Shown: piece after piece, positions 29,196-38,351 of the stretch | Numbering within the stretch: position 1 is the first letter of the stretch | How the letters are laid out: each line of letters starts with the position of its first letter | Origin: an uncultured Thermoplasmatales archaeon | GTDB lineage: Archaea > Thermoplasmatota > E2 > UBA202 > DSCA01 | DNA: 64,000 nt | Reading direction: 5' to 3' | Assembly: GCA_964514975.1 (NCBI GenBank) | Contig: CAZESS010000006.1 | Coordinates: 27,193 to 91,192, forward strand | Translations under genes and position numbers: made by a program | The notes under the pieces: model-generated | Database searches by the model: none | The model's input: only the letters and a program-made list of their open reading frames with translations | Told to the model about the DNA's origin: nothing

Positions 29196-30149
29196 CTACG
29201 CGCTTACCCCTACGAACTTATGAATCTCTTCCATCAACTCTTGAAAATTACAAACCCATGAGTACTTTTTACTTGCGCGAGCAACAGCCACGTACAATAC
29301 ACGTTCTTCCTCTCCGGGTTTGTTGGGGTACCAATCATACACAATCACGTTATCGAACTCGTGCCCTTTACTTGCGTGTACAGTCATCAGCCTAAGGTCA
29401 CTAGGACCTACTACATCGTACTCACGATTTGTACCAAACCTAGCCGACAACCTTACCCTATGGGGGATTTGCTTCCCCTTCAAGTAGTTACTTACTTCGA
29501 AAAGCTGATCGTTACGTCTACAAAGGATTGCAGTAGTGCCGGAGTCTCTTACATCCGCGCTAACTAATCCTCTCTTATAGATTTTGTTAAGGAGCTCCAC
29601 TATTTCGGGGCAAGAGCGATAGTTGTTTATTAACGGAATCTCTTTACATCCGCACTTATGGAGAATGTCCATTACAGATGGTCCTAAAGCTCCCTGAAAC
29701 CCGTAAATAGATTGGTAAGGGTCTCCTACGGCAAATATACGTCTATTTACAAGGGACAATACTACGTCCATTTCCATAGGGTTGAGGTCCTGACACTCAT
29801 CTACTAAAACCCAATCAAATTGCATTGGGTCTGTGTGTTGAGCCCACAAGAACCTTTGCAACAGATAGGTATACCCTTCCTCTTCTTCTCCACCATAAGG
29901 TACTTGCCACCCTACGGCTTGACAACATAACGAATGTATGGTAAGAGAGGGTACATGCGGTACCCGCGATGCCATCTCTAACGCAGCAGAACGCGTAAAG
30001 CACAAGCAAACTATGGTTTCGTTGTTTTCAATGAGCGCGCGGGCCTTTTCTGTAAGTACTCTAGTTTTACCAGAGCCGGGACCGGCAACACAAATAACGC
30101 TCTCGCTCTCGTTAACAACCGCCGCCTGTTCTAGGTCAAGATTAGACAT
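29196..30149 (-). CDS. Minimal UvrD/Rep SF1 helicase (317 aa)
   Basis: AGPGSGKT, DECQD, VGDPYQSIYGF, NYRS, TVHASKG, YVAVARA. Confidence 0.9.
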   Translation of the reverse strand: MSNLDLEQAAVVNESESVICVAGPGSGKTRVLTEKARALIENNETIVCLCFTRSAALEMASRVPHVPSLTIHSLCCQAVGWQVPYGGEEEEGYTYLLQRFLWAQHTDPMQFDWVLVDECQDLNPMEMDVVLSLVNRRIFAVGDPYQSIYGFQGALGPSVMDILHKCGCKEIPLINNYRSCPEIVELLNKIYKRGLVSADVRDSGTTAILCRRNDQLFEVSNYLKGKQIPHRVRLSARFGTNREYDVVGPSDLRLMTVHASKGHEFDNVIVYDWYPNKPGEEERVLYVAVARASKKYSWVCNFQELMEEIHKFVGVSA

Positions 30150-30864
30150 TTATCTCTTTCCTAAGAAAGGCTATGTTCCTACAAATGCCCGCCCAAGTGT
30201 CTTTGTTCAAAGGTATTCTAGAAGTGTCAGTTGTGCGATCGAAGTCGTCGAAGTCCTTTTGAGCTAATCCGGATCTTACGGGCACGTCCGTGTCTATGCT
30301 GACGACGTTAGGTAAACCTGCATACCACCTAAACTCGTCTAAGGTAGTAAGTCCTAACAGATGCACTTGGATATTTTCGGGGATGTGCTTTACCACCAAC
30401 ACCCTTCTTAAGGTTTTCAACCAATCGGGGTCTTCCTTTTTAGAACCGCCTACCCTATAAGGTACCAAGACTACACCGGAATCGTAGTATTGTAGACACT
30501 GTAAAGCCTCTTCAGGAGAAGAACCTTGTAACACCCCTGCAATTATGGGGTCACAACCCTCAAACTTGGTATTCTTAAACTGCAGAAAAGCTTCTACAGT
30601 CTTTTGAAAGTCGTTTATCCAATCCGGGCTCACTATTATCCAAGGTTTAACAGCGTTTGCTACTTCGATAAGTTGCTCCGGCTGCAACGGTTCGCCTTTC
30701 TCCGTTACCGAGTTATCGACTACCTTCAAGTTAGTGGACTCTTCAAGGTAGTACTTAGCGTACTCTTCGTCGTCCAAAAACCTGTCTGCTAATATCCAAT
30801 CAAAGTCGGCGAAAGGTTGAACCATTCCCAACAAGCTAGTCGGACATTCTAGTGCGAGCTTCAT
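30142..30864 (-). CDS. TGT-fold base-exchange protein, candidate DpdA-like DNA transglycosylase
   Basis: VDNS, SPD, VLQG, HLLG and SIDT in TGT order; adjacent to folE. Confidence 0.65.
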   Translation of the reverse strand: MKLALECPTSLLGMVQPFADFDWILADRFLDDEEYAKYYLEESTNLKVVDNSVTEKGEPLQPEQLIEVANAVKPWIIVSPDWINDFQKTVEAFLQFKNTKFEGCDPIIAGVLQGSSPEEALQCLQYYDSGVVLVPYRVGGSKKEDPDWLKTLRRVLVVKHIPENIQVHLLGLTTLDEFRWYAGLPNVVSIDTDVPVRSGLAQKDFDDFDRTTDTSRIPLNKDTWAGICRNIAFLRKEINV

Positions 30865-31123
30865 TTGCGCCTCCTGGATTATCGATGTGCCAAACTGCTA
30901 AAGCGCCCCAACAAATAAGGTCTATCAGGTCTTCGCGAAACTTGGGTGTCGATACTTTACCTTTTTCTAATCTGGTTCGCAAGTACTCCGCCTTACGAAA
31001 AACCTCATGTATGCAAGTCTTGTCTCCTGCACGAATCCAAGAATCTCCGTAATCGTCTTCCTTCCCTTGCAACATGCTTTCAGCATCAGCCCATACGTAA
31101 GACACCCTTTCAAACGTATTCAT
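30836..31123 (-). CDS. Nucleotide-modification-associated domain 1 (DUF1599/MazG-like) protein
   Basis: KEDDYGDSW...K..L...EDLIDL pattern. Confidence 0.7.
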   Translation of the reverse strand: MNTFERVSYVWADAESMLQGKEDDYGDSWIRAGDKTCIHEVFRKAEYLRTRLEKGKVSTPKFREDLIDLICWGALAVWHIDNPGGANEARTRMSD

Positions 31124-31713
31124 ACTTTTTGCCCTCCTGTAACTAATGTAAGAAACTCGGCACGCGAAGCAGGATTGTGGAACATGGCTCCCGTTAAAAA
31201 GGAAGTGCTTACACACGCCTCTTGTTTTATTCCCCTAGATCTCATACAATCATGTTCGCCAACGACGTAAACGCCCACACCTTTGGGATTAAGCTTATTT
31301 TGTATGACCTTTGCCACCTCTCGCGTGTACATCTCCTGAATAACTGGACGGTGGGCTAAAGTCTCCGCGACCCTTGCAAGTTTACTTAAACCTAATACCA
31401 AGTCGTCTGGAATGTAACCAACGTGTACGGTAAACTTACACGGCAAAAGGTGGTGTGGACATAAAGTCCAAACCCTTACAGGACCTGCAACCAACATTTC
31501 GTCGTATTTGTCTACAAACGCCGTACTAAGGTGACGCTCTAGTTCCGAGTCGATCTTTTCATTAGGCCAGCAAAACTCTTGATAAGCTCTTACCAACCTT
31601 TCTCCCGTACCCGTAAACTGATTACGACCATCCCAACCGTAGTAGCGCTGCTTTAACCACGCCTCTAAATCATTAAAAGTAGCGCTAACATCTTTACTGT
31701 TCTCTTGCGACAT
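31120..31713 (-). CDS. folE: GTP cyclohydrolase I
   Basis: LCPHHLLP, GLSKLAR, IQE, HDCMRSRG. Confidence 0.95.
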   Translation of the reverse strand: MSQENSKDVSATFNDLEAWLKQRYYGWDGRNQFTGTGERLVRAYQEFCWPNEKIDSELERHLSTAFVDKYDEMLVAGPVRVWTLCPHHLLPCKFTVHVGYIPDDLVLGLSKLARVAETLAHRPVIQEMYTREVAKVIQNKLNPKGVGVYVVGEHDCMRSRGIKQEACVSTSFLTGAMFHNPASRAEFLTLVTGGQKV

Positions 31714-32718
31714 TACTACTCCCTTATACGAAACTTTTTGTTAACCCATCGAGCGATTGCCCAACACAACAACAGTGTAGTGAATATGATCCACGCGGGT
31801 GCGACGAACGACAGTACCTGCCCATAAGTGCTTGTACCAAAGATTTGCGGAGCTAAATGTCCTAATCTTTGTGCAGCTGTTACGCTGTACACCAGAGCAA
31901 ACACCATCCAGGTAATCAAACCTGCCCATACACACACTCTCACTACTGTCACGGCTTTGGGATCCTTAGGTCTCCACATGTTACCTCCTTCTACTTGGAA
32001 AGTACAAACTCTTTTTACGGCGAGCTGGGTAGTAAAAGTCCCTACCTTGCCTCACGTATAAGCTCTTACTAAGTGCGGAAAGGAACTTTATAGTAGCCCA
32101 TCCCAAAGCGACAACCGCCAATACCAGTAAGACGGTGCCACCTATAACGGCTATGAAAATCTTTTTGCCGCTACCAGAGTTGCGCCACTTGGAGTTAACG
32201 ATCTGAGAAGCTTGTTGTAGCACGTGCATCTCATATCCCTAACAACTTTCTGAAAATTGCGGAATCGGGTTGTGAAAGTTTCCTCAGCCCAGAAGCGTTG
32301 AAGCCTGGTTGAGTGTGTTTGCGGGGAATGTAGGTATCGGGAGACTCGGGAGGAGCTTCGGCCGAACCTTCTTCAATCTCGGCTTCCAGCTCCCTTGCCA
32401 ATTGTAGCAGTTCCTGTACTTTTTGTGAATCCATTTTTGCCTCCTGCCTCGGGGTTTCAGCCCCCGAGGACTTGTTTAACCTACTTTCACTACGTGCTCC
32501 GGATTGATAGCACATTCGTGTCCACTATCCGACACAAACTGCCTATCCTCGGGGTAGTACCATCCTAACTCTCCTGCTTGTAGGTAATCTTCAACCAACC
32601 TTCTCCCTACTTCCGCTGGGATGAGATCACCCACTTCGTAATCCTCTGCTTCAGGGGAATAGGACATCCAACCTTCCTTCACCCTAGCTCTAAACTCTTC
32701 TGCCATCACTTTAACCCC

Positions 32719-33387
32719 CTACACGTATGCTATAGGATCTTCTACTCCTGCTTGTTCGAAAGCCCGTAGTCTAATACGGCAGCTATCACAAGCGCCGCAA
32801 GCCTTTTCTTCACCCTTGTAACAAGACCACGTAAGCTCGAAAGGTACTCCTAGCTGCAACCCCATTTCAACCTCTTCAGCTTTACTCCTGTAAATAATGG
32901 GCGTTACGATACGGATGTGTTGGCCTGTCTCTACGAATCTCTTACTAGCAAGATTCAACGCAGAATCCATAGCATTGAAAAACTCTGGCCTGCAATCCGG
33001 GTACCCGCTATAATCAACTACATTAGCGCCCAACCATACTTCTGTAGCTCCGATAACTTCGGCCCAAGCGTAAGCTAACGTAAGGAACAAGCTGTTACGT
33101 TGAGGTACCCAAGTTACAGGTATTCCACCTTCTTCGCCTTTATCGGGAACTTGGATTGCGTCGTCCGTAAGAGCCGATCCGCCTATTTGGTCAAGAGGTA
33201 CTCCTGTAATGACCTTATGTTGCAAAACTCCTAACTTCTCCGATAACGCCTTAGCGCATTGTAGCTCTTTGTCGTGGCGTTGCCCGTATTGGAAAGACAA
33301 AGCATACAAATCTACATCCGGCTCATTTGCTAACCAAGCCGTTACGGCGGAGTCCAAACCCCCCGACATCAGCACTACTCTTTTCAA
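32719..33387 (-). CDS. queC: 7-cyano-7-deazaguanine synthase
   Basis: SGGLDS, YGQRH, VPQRN, YPDCR, TWSCY, CGACDSC. Confidence 0.97.
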   Translation of the reverse strand: MKRVVLMSGGLDSAVTAWLANEPDVDLYALSFQYGQRHDKELQCAKALSEKLGVLQHKVITGVPLDQIGGSALTDDAIQVPDKGEEGGIPVTWVPQRNSLFLTLAYAWAEVIGATEVWLGANVVDYSGYPDCRPEFFNAMDSALNLASKRFVETGQHIRIVTPIIYRSKAEEVEMGLQLGVPFELTWSCYKGEEKACGACDSCRIRLRAFEQAGVEDPIAYV

Positions 33388-33589
33388 ATCATTCCTCCTC
33401 TTTTTAACGCGTTAACGTAGTTAGTTACCTGCACACGCGCTTGCCTACTGTAACCCTTTTTACTTAGGTGAGTTTTCATTAAATCGAATCGCTTACGCAA
33501 AGGTGTACCCTTCATTGATACTCTGAGGTCTTGCCATTCACCGTCCTTAACCGCACGTTGTATTTCAGCTTGTCCGTATATGCCGAAGA

Positions 33590-33940
33590 TTAGCTCGTCC
33601 CAGGACATATTGTTATTACCACCTCTTCTCGTTCGCTGCACTCAACGCAACCTTCATCCACCATAATAAAGTATTTGTCGTTTACTTGTAACCCGTCTTG
33701 CACCGCGTCGGAAATAATTTTGAACAAATTGGAGATGTCTGGCCTGCGCTCATCCTTAAAGAACCCTTTTACACCTATTTGGTAGCGAGAAGCTTTTGGC
33801 AAGTCTCCTTTTTCAACGTGTTCCGTAAGTAAGGCTTTCCAAGACTTTACTACACCTTTTGTATTGTAGTTACGACGTTTATAGAAGTTCTCGCTAAGCA
33901 CGCCACCGATATAAGGCATTCTAATCATCAACGTCTTCAT
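33590..33940 (-). CDS. RusA-like Holliday junction resolvase
   Basis: RPDISNLFKIISDAV...VNDK matches DxxNxxKxxxD. Confidence 0.8.
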   Translation of the reverse strand: MKTLMIRMPYIGGVLSENFYKRRNYNTKGVVKSWKALLTEHVEKGDLPKASRYQIGVKGFFKDERRPDISNLFKIISDAVQDGLQVNDKYFIMVDEGCVECSEREEVVITICPGTS

Positions 33941-34164
33941 CAGCGTCTGGTTCAGGGTAGTCTTCGTCTAGCCAACAATCCATTATCTCCATCTTAGCTC
34001 GTTCTAGGAAGCCAACTATCTTGGAGCAATCCATCTTAGTACACACTACCCTAAAAAAGCCTTCTCGGTCTACGTAAATACCTATTAGGTGTTCAGGGTC
34101 TGCCTTTACCAACGATTCTAGCAACTTTTGTGGTCCGTCATCAGGTGCCATCATACCAAATAAC

Positions 34165-34530
34165 TCACTGAGCTTGTCCGGAATTTCTTTGCCCATACTC
34201 CTCTCTCCTTTTTTCAATTCTGGAACGACACTTCACACACCTACGTGAAAGCTCACGCACATTCTCTTCATAGTCTATACAAGGAGTGTATGAAGAAGAG
34301 TAAGTAACTTGTTGCAAAGGGGAAGCATGAGCAAAACCCCTTTTTTGCATTTCCTTTACGAGTTCGTCATGTCTTGCGTCCAACTTGCTTTCGTCAAACA
34401 GTCCCCCAAGAACATACCCCGATACAGAAATGTTTTTGAGAATACTGCCTACAAACATGTGACACTCTTTGTGTTCACCTAAAAGGTGTTGATCGCAAAG
34501 GATGGTAGGGTCTACACACCATAACCTGAT
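34165..34530 (-). CDS. Pyrimidine-dimer DNA glycosylase (T4 endonuclease V-like); apparent ATC start
   Basis: AGGAGG-N6-ATC AGG TTA TGG gives (M)RLWCVDPTILCDQHLLGEHKECH...RHDELVKEMQKRGFAH. Confidence 0.8.
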   Translation of the reverse strand: MRLWCVDPTILCDQHLLGEHKECHMFVGSILKNISVSGYVLGGLFDESKLDARHDELVKEMQKRGFAHASPLQQVTYSSSYTPCIDYEENVRELSRRCVKCRSRIEKRREEYGQRNSGQAQ

Positions 34531-34540
34531 TTTTTGCCTC

Positions 34541-34655
34541 CTGGTACCCCTGACGAAGCCCCGGCGTTCTTAAGACTTTGATTAAAAGAATGCCTCGTCA
34601 ATTATGACGCACGTCCAACTTACTCTCAGAACCCGGGACCCGTCAAGGGTGGCTA
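34541..34655 (-). ncRNA. Candidate rod-shaped structured RNA
   Basis: Nested stems ACCCTTGACG/CGTCAGGGGT, GGTCCCGG/CCGGGGCT, GTTCT/AGAAC, GTCA/TGAC; wobbles favour the minus strand. Confidence 0.55.
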
Positions 34656-35280
34656 GTGTCCGAAGGCGAGTTAGCTACTTACGCAGCGTGCTGTTTGTCG
34701 TAGCGGTCGGCCGGGTAAATGCGGTCTACGCGAGGGCGGATCTGCTCCTCGAACGCCTCATTGTGGAGCTTGGCGGAAGCTTCCATACCAATCCAGTCAC
34801 CCGGCTTGAATACGAATGCCTCGTTAAGCTGCACGTCAGGGTCGAGAGCCTTAAGAAGCTGGTAAAGGAAAGGTAGCGCCTGTGACTGCAGGGAGAACTC
34901 CCTAAACAGCTTACGCCCGGAGGCTTTAACAGTGCGCTCGCTATAGCCCACCTTCTTCATGCCGCCTTCGGCTTCCTCATCGGGCTCCCACTCCTCTATC
35001 GCGACTTCTTCAGGACCAATGATGGTCATCTCGCAGGTAACCTTTTTCTGGTTACTGCGGTTGGAGACACCCTTTTCCATGTTGGTGACGCGGACCTTGT
35101 AGATCTCGCGATCGTCCAACGGCTCAAATGGCCTTACTTCGGAAAAGTCTAGAATCTCCTCGTTCTCAGCTTCTGGTCGTCTTGCCAATGTGTTTCCTCC
35201 TACTACAAACAAATTTTTACTGTTCCAGTCAATCCTCAGCTAATACCCGGTTCCCCGTACTAGCCTCTTCGGACACTAGC
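34652..35280. repeat. 14-bp perfect inverted repeat enclosing the SSB-like gene
   Basis: GCTAGTGTCCGAAG at 34652-34665; CTTCGGACACTAGC at 35267-35280. Confidence 0.9.
34679..35188 (-). CDS. Putative OB-fold ssDNA-binding protein (DUF669-like)
   Basis: AGGAGG + TTG at 35188; DFS..FEPL..Y.V.V, GRKLF, ALPFL, DWIG; neighbours are Rad52-like and RusA genes. Confidence 0.6.
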   Translation of the reverse strand: MARRPEAENEEILDFSEVRPFEPLDDREIYKVRVTNMEKGVSNRSNQKKVTCEMTIIGPEEVAIEEWEPDEEAEGGMKKVGYSERTVKASGRKLFREFSLQSQALPFLYQLLKALDPDVQLNEAFVFKPGDWIGMEASAKLHNEAFEEQIRPRVDRIYPADRYDKQHAA

Positions 35281-35399
35281 GCATCATGAGTTAAGAAAGT
35301 GGATTTGGTAGTCGACATCTTCGGGAAGGCATAACATTCCTGAGCCTTGTCTACTTTCAATGGCCATTTCAGCTTCCTTCCACTGCTTGTAAAAGTTGC

Positions 35400-36197
35400 T
35401 CATCCTTGTTTCGCCATTCCTATTAGCTCCGCTGTAAGACTTAACACATCTTTCTTAGGAGCCTTGTCCAAAGGTTTGCCCAACTTTTCTTCTACCCACT
35501 TATCGGTTTGTTCGTCTGACCATCCAAGCTTTTCGGCTCGGGTGTAAACAGCGTTTACTTGCGCGTTGGAAGGTCTCTCTTCCTCATCTTCGTCTTGTGG
35601 TCCGTAAACGTCGAGAAACACACCTAACTGCGTACCACATTTTTTCATAGCATCTGTTGCGGCGCCCTTGTAGTCGTTACCTAACTCTAAAGGATCGCCC
35701 GCGCGGTGTTTGTACAGGACGTTACCTTGACTATCCTTTTGAGGCTGACCTTTACTATCCCTTACGGGATCAGCAGAAGTCCACTTTTTAACTTCAGAAG
35801 ACCCATATTGCTCCTTCACAATCTCAAAACCTTCTAGGTGGATTGTTTCTTTGACACCGCTAGGATATTCACGCGCAATGGTTCTTCCGGGAACCTTGAG
35901 AGTAAAACGGCCCTTAGCTACTATGTGACCATCTTGTTCGAACCTGTCAGGAACTTCGAACGACCACAAGAAACCAAAGGCCTCGTTAAAGCGTTGAATG
36001 AAACGCTGTCCTGGAACGTATTTTATTGTTTTGCCGCCGCGTATAGGTCTAGGCTTTTGCCATTCTGACGGTGTTGGGGAGTTAAGGATGTCTACGAGCC
36101 GCTGACTCTCGTCCCTATCCAAACCCATGAACTTTTGTAGCATCAACAACCGATGCTCGTCTATTCGCTGCTGTACTTCGATTTGTGCCTCTGACAT
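35400..36197 (-). CDS. Rad52/Sak-like single-strand annealing protein
   Basis: YVP..FIQRFNEAFGFLWSF, KGAATDAMKKCGTQLGVFLDVY. Confidence 0.85.
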   Translation of the reverse strand: MSEAQIEVQQRIDEHRLLMLQKFMGLDRDESQRLVDILNSPTPSEWQKPRPIRGGKTIKYVPGQRFIQRFNEAFGFLWSFEVPDRFEQDGHIVAKGRFTLKVPGRTIAREYPSGVKETIHLEGFEIVKEQYGSSEVKKWTSADPVRDSKGQPQKDSQGNVLYKHRAGDPLELGNDYKGAATDAMKKCGTQLGVFLDVYGPQDEDEEERPSNAQVNAVYTRAEKLGWSDEQTDKWVEEKLGKPLDKAPKKDVLSLTAELIGMAKQG

Positions 36198-36695
36198 GCT
36201 TCTCCTAAGATGTCTATATATAATAAATGTTTATTCGTGGTTATTTACGGATACTCGACTATACTAGGATGCTCTGATCTGATTAGGTGTACCAAAGTAC
36301 TTCTTGGAGGTAAGGGTTTATCTGATGCTGCGATAACGTCAACATCCCATTGATCCGGATTACATTCCTTAAGAAACAAAGGTCTTCCCAAAGATTCCTG
36401 CAGACTCTGTAAGTCCTTCAACCCTTTTTGATATTCGTCGTTAAGTATTAGGTAAATGACTTGTTCCAAGTTGTATTAACCCCCTCGTTCATCCCCCGTC
36501 TCCCGACATCCTCGTGTGAGTTAGCCGGTTTTCTACCCATGAAATAGTGTACTTAGGATAAGGAAACCTGGCGTTGAGGTTTCTCCAGGCTTGAGCGTGG
36601 CTGTAAGCGGAAGTGTATTGATAAGAAGAAGCTCCGTTAGATCTATCGCGCACCAACGCGATGTACCTGTCGCGTGCTTTCTCAATCATACCTAT

Positions 36696-36805
36696 ATTAT
36701 AGAAGCTAATTCTCTCAAAATCAATATTATATAGAATTTTGAGAAAACTTCACATTTATTTTTAGATTTTTGGGTGTTGATAATTTCAATATAATGCTAT
36801 ATTAT
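36696..36805. promoter_or_regulatory. Divergent sigma70-type promoters with an operator-like inverted repeat
   Basis: Minus strand TTGATT-N17-TATAAT; plus strand TTGATA-N17-TATTAT; TCTCAAAAT-N14-ATTTTGAGA at 36713-36744. Confidence 0.75.
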
Positions 36806-36811
36806 TATAGA

Positions 36812-37096
36812 ATGATAAATGATGAGGAGTTGCTAAACAAGGACGCAGCCGATCGCATTGAAGAAGCACAAAGGAGGTACTTTAAGTCTGATAAGGGGAA
36901 AGCAGCACAAAAGCGCTACGCGCAATCCAAACAAGGAAAGAAAACCTTAAGTAAAGTGCAAAAGGACTACTACGAACGTAAAAAGGAGAAGGAAGCCGTC
37001 GCGAAAGCTTGTAAGGAGTACCTACTAGAAAACCCAGGGAAAACAGTTGAAGACTTTTTACAGGAGTATAAAAGTGGGAACATCTGCACCAGTTAA
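36812..37096 (+). CDS. Basic helical protein with repeated (R/K)Y..S.(K/Q)GK motif
   Basis: AQRRYFKSDKGK / AQKRYAQSKQGK; ATG lies 6 nt after the -10 box. Confidence 0.6.
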   Translation: MINDEELLNKDAADRIEEAQRRYFKSDKGKAAQKRYAQSKQGKKTLSKVQKDYYERKKEKEAVAKACKEYLLENPGKTVEDFLQEYKSGNICTS

Positions 37097-37391
37097 ACGC
37101 GAATATGATCTACCCCTTCCTACCCCTCGACATGTCCCATCAAAACCTAAACAACTCTCACCGCCGATTAGCGCACCCGCTCCGGACTTTTCCCCATTTC
37201 GAGTTCCTAAGAGCGGAGTACGCCCGTATTTTATGTGTAATAATCTTTCCCAAACCTTCGGTACCTTTGGAAAGTCTGATGCAAAACTACCCTAACGTCC
37301 CCTTTTACATACGCACGCAAGAACAAGCGCAGCAAAGCGCTATGTTTGTTCATTTAACATACCAACTGAAACAAGGAGAGATGTTTGTAAT

Positions 37392-37760
37392 ATGAGCGAC
37401 GAAAGGGTAGAGGTATCGCAAGAGTTCTTAGACAAACTATTGAAGAATCCCAAGCTACTGCAACAATTGAAGAGGAAGGATGAAAAGGAAAAGTTCCTAA
37501 ACACGTACAAGGTAAGTAAAGCTACTCCGTTTAAGTGCCCTGCATGTTCGGCGTACTTACAATCAGGGGGTACGTTGTGGGGACCCGCTGAAGGTAGCGA
37601 CAATCAATACGTTTGCCGAAAATGTATGTTGGTTTGGAACGTTCGATGCATTACCGAACCCAACGACGTAATCGCGTCAAAGGTACGAGAAATTAAAAAA
37701 GGGAAAGCGGGAAACCTTTTAGGGGAATCCCAGTCGCAGGTAATAGAAGATGATGACTGA
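37392..37760 (+). CDS. Zinc-ribbon protein
   Basis: CPAC...CRKC. Confidence 0.55.
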   Translation: MSDERVEVSQEFLDKLLKNPKLLQQLKRKDEKEKFLNTYKVSKATPFKCPACSAYLQSGGTLWGPAEGSDNQYVCRKCMLVWNVRCITEPNDVIASKVREIKKGKAGNLLGESQSQVIEDDD

Positions 37761-37901
37761 CGAACAATTTGCACAATTAAAGATTGCCAGGGAGCTAGCC
37801 GTATGGAGAGTGTTGGAAGAAACCCAAGGAGACTTCCAAGCGGCAAGAGAAGCAGCTAAGGTACAGCAGTGGCTACAGGAAATTTTTCCACAGGGGATAA
37901 A

Positions 37902-38117
37902 ATGAAAGCATATGTGTTGGTCGTAAGCAAGGATGCGCAAAAAGTGAAGCGTGAGAACTTATCCGACTTCACCGACATGGAAGAACTTACAGGCCCATAC
38001 GATTTGTTGGTTACTATACACAAACCTTCTATGAAAGATTTCTCGTTAGCGTTTAACTCTTTACGCAGTCGGGATAGTGTTGAAAGGATCGTTCCGTGCA
38101 TTGTGCTAGATTCATAA
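37902..38117 (+). CDS. Lrp/AsnC ligand-binding (RAM) domain protein
   Basis: KAYVLV...TGPYDLLV...LR...V..IV. Confidence 0.7.
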   Translation: MKAYVLVVSKDAQKVKRENLSDFTDMEELTGPYDLLVTIHKPSMKDFSLAFNSLRSRDSVERIVPCIVLDS

Positions 38118-38351
38118 CATGTAATGACATGGGCGAACACTACTACCTGCGTACCGACGGTAGTACAGTGCAAGTCAGCAAATCTATTATGAGAGATGGT
38201 GAAGCCCATAGAGTATGGCCTGAATTGGGGATGCCAGGCTACGACCCTTTTTGGGATTACCACTGGCATCTTAACCTAAGACGTATCAAGGAAGAGCGGT
38301 TTGTACAATCCCTTACCGCTCAGCAACGTGAAAACATTTTAAGAGGAGAAT

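Noticed and set aside
34652-35280. IS/MITE interpretation of the inverted repeats
   Set aside because: No transposase or target-site duplication seen, the two repeat pairs in the window are unrelated in sequence, and the cargo looks like a core replication gene.
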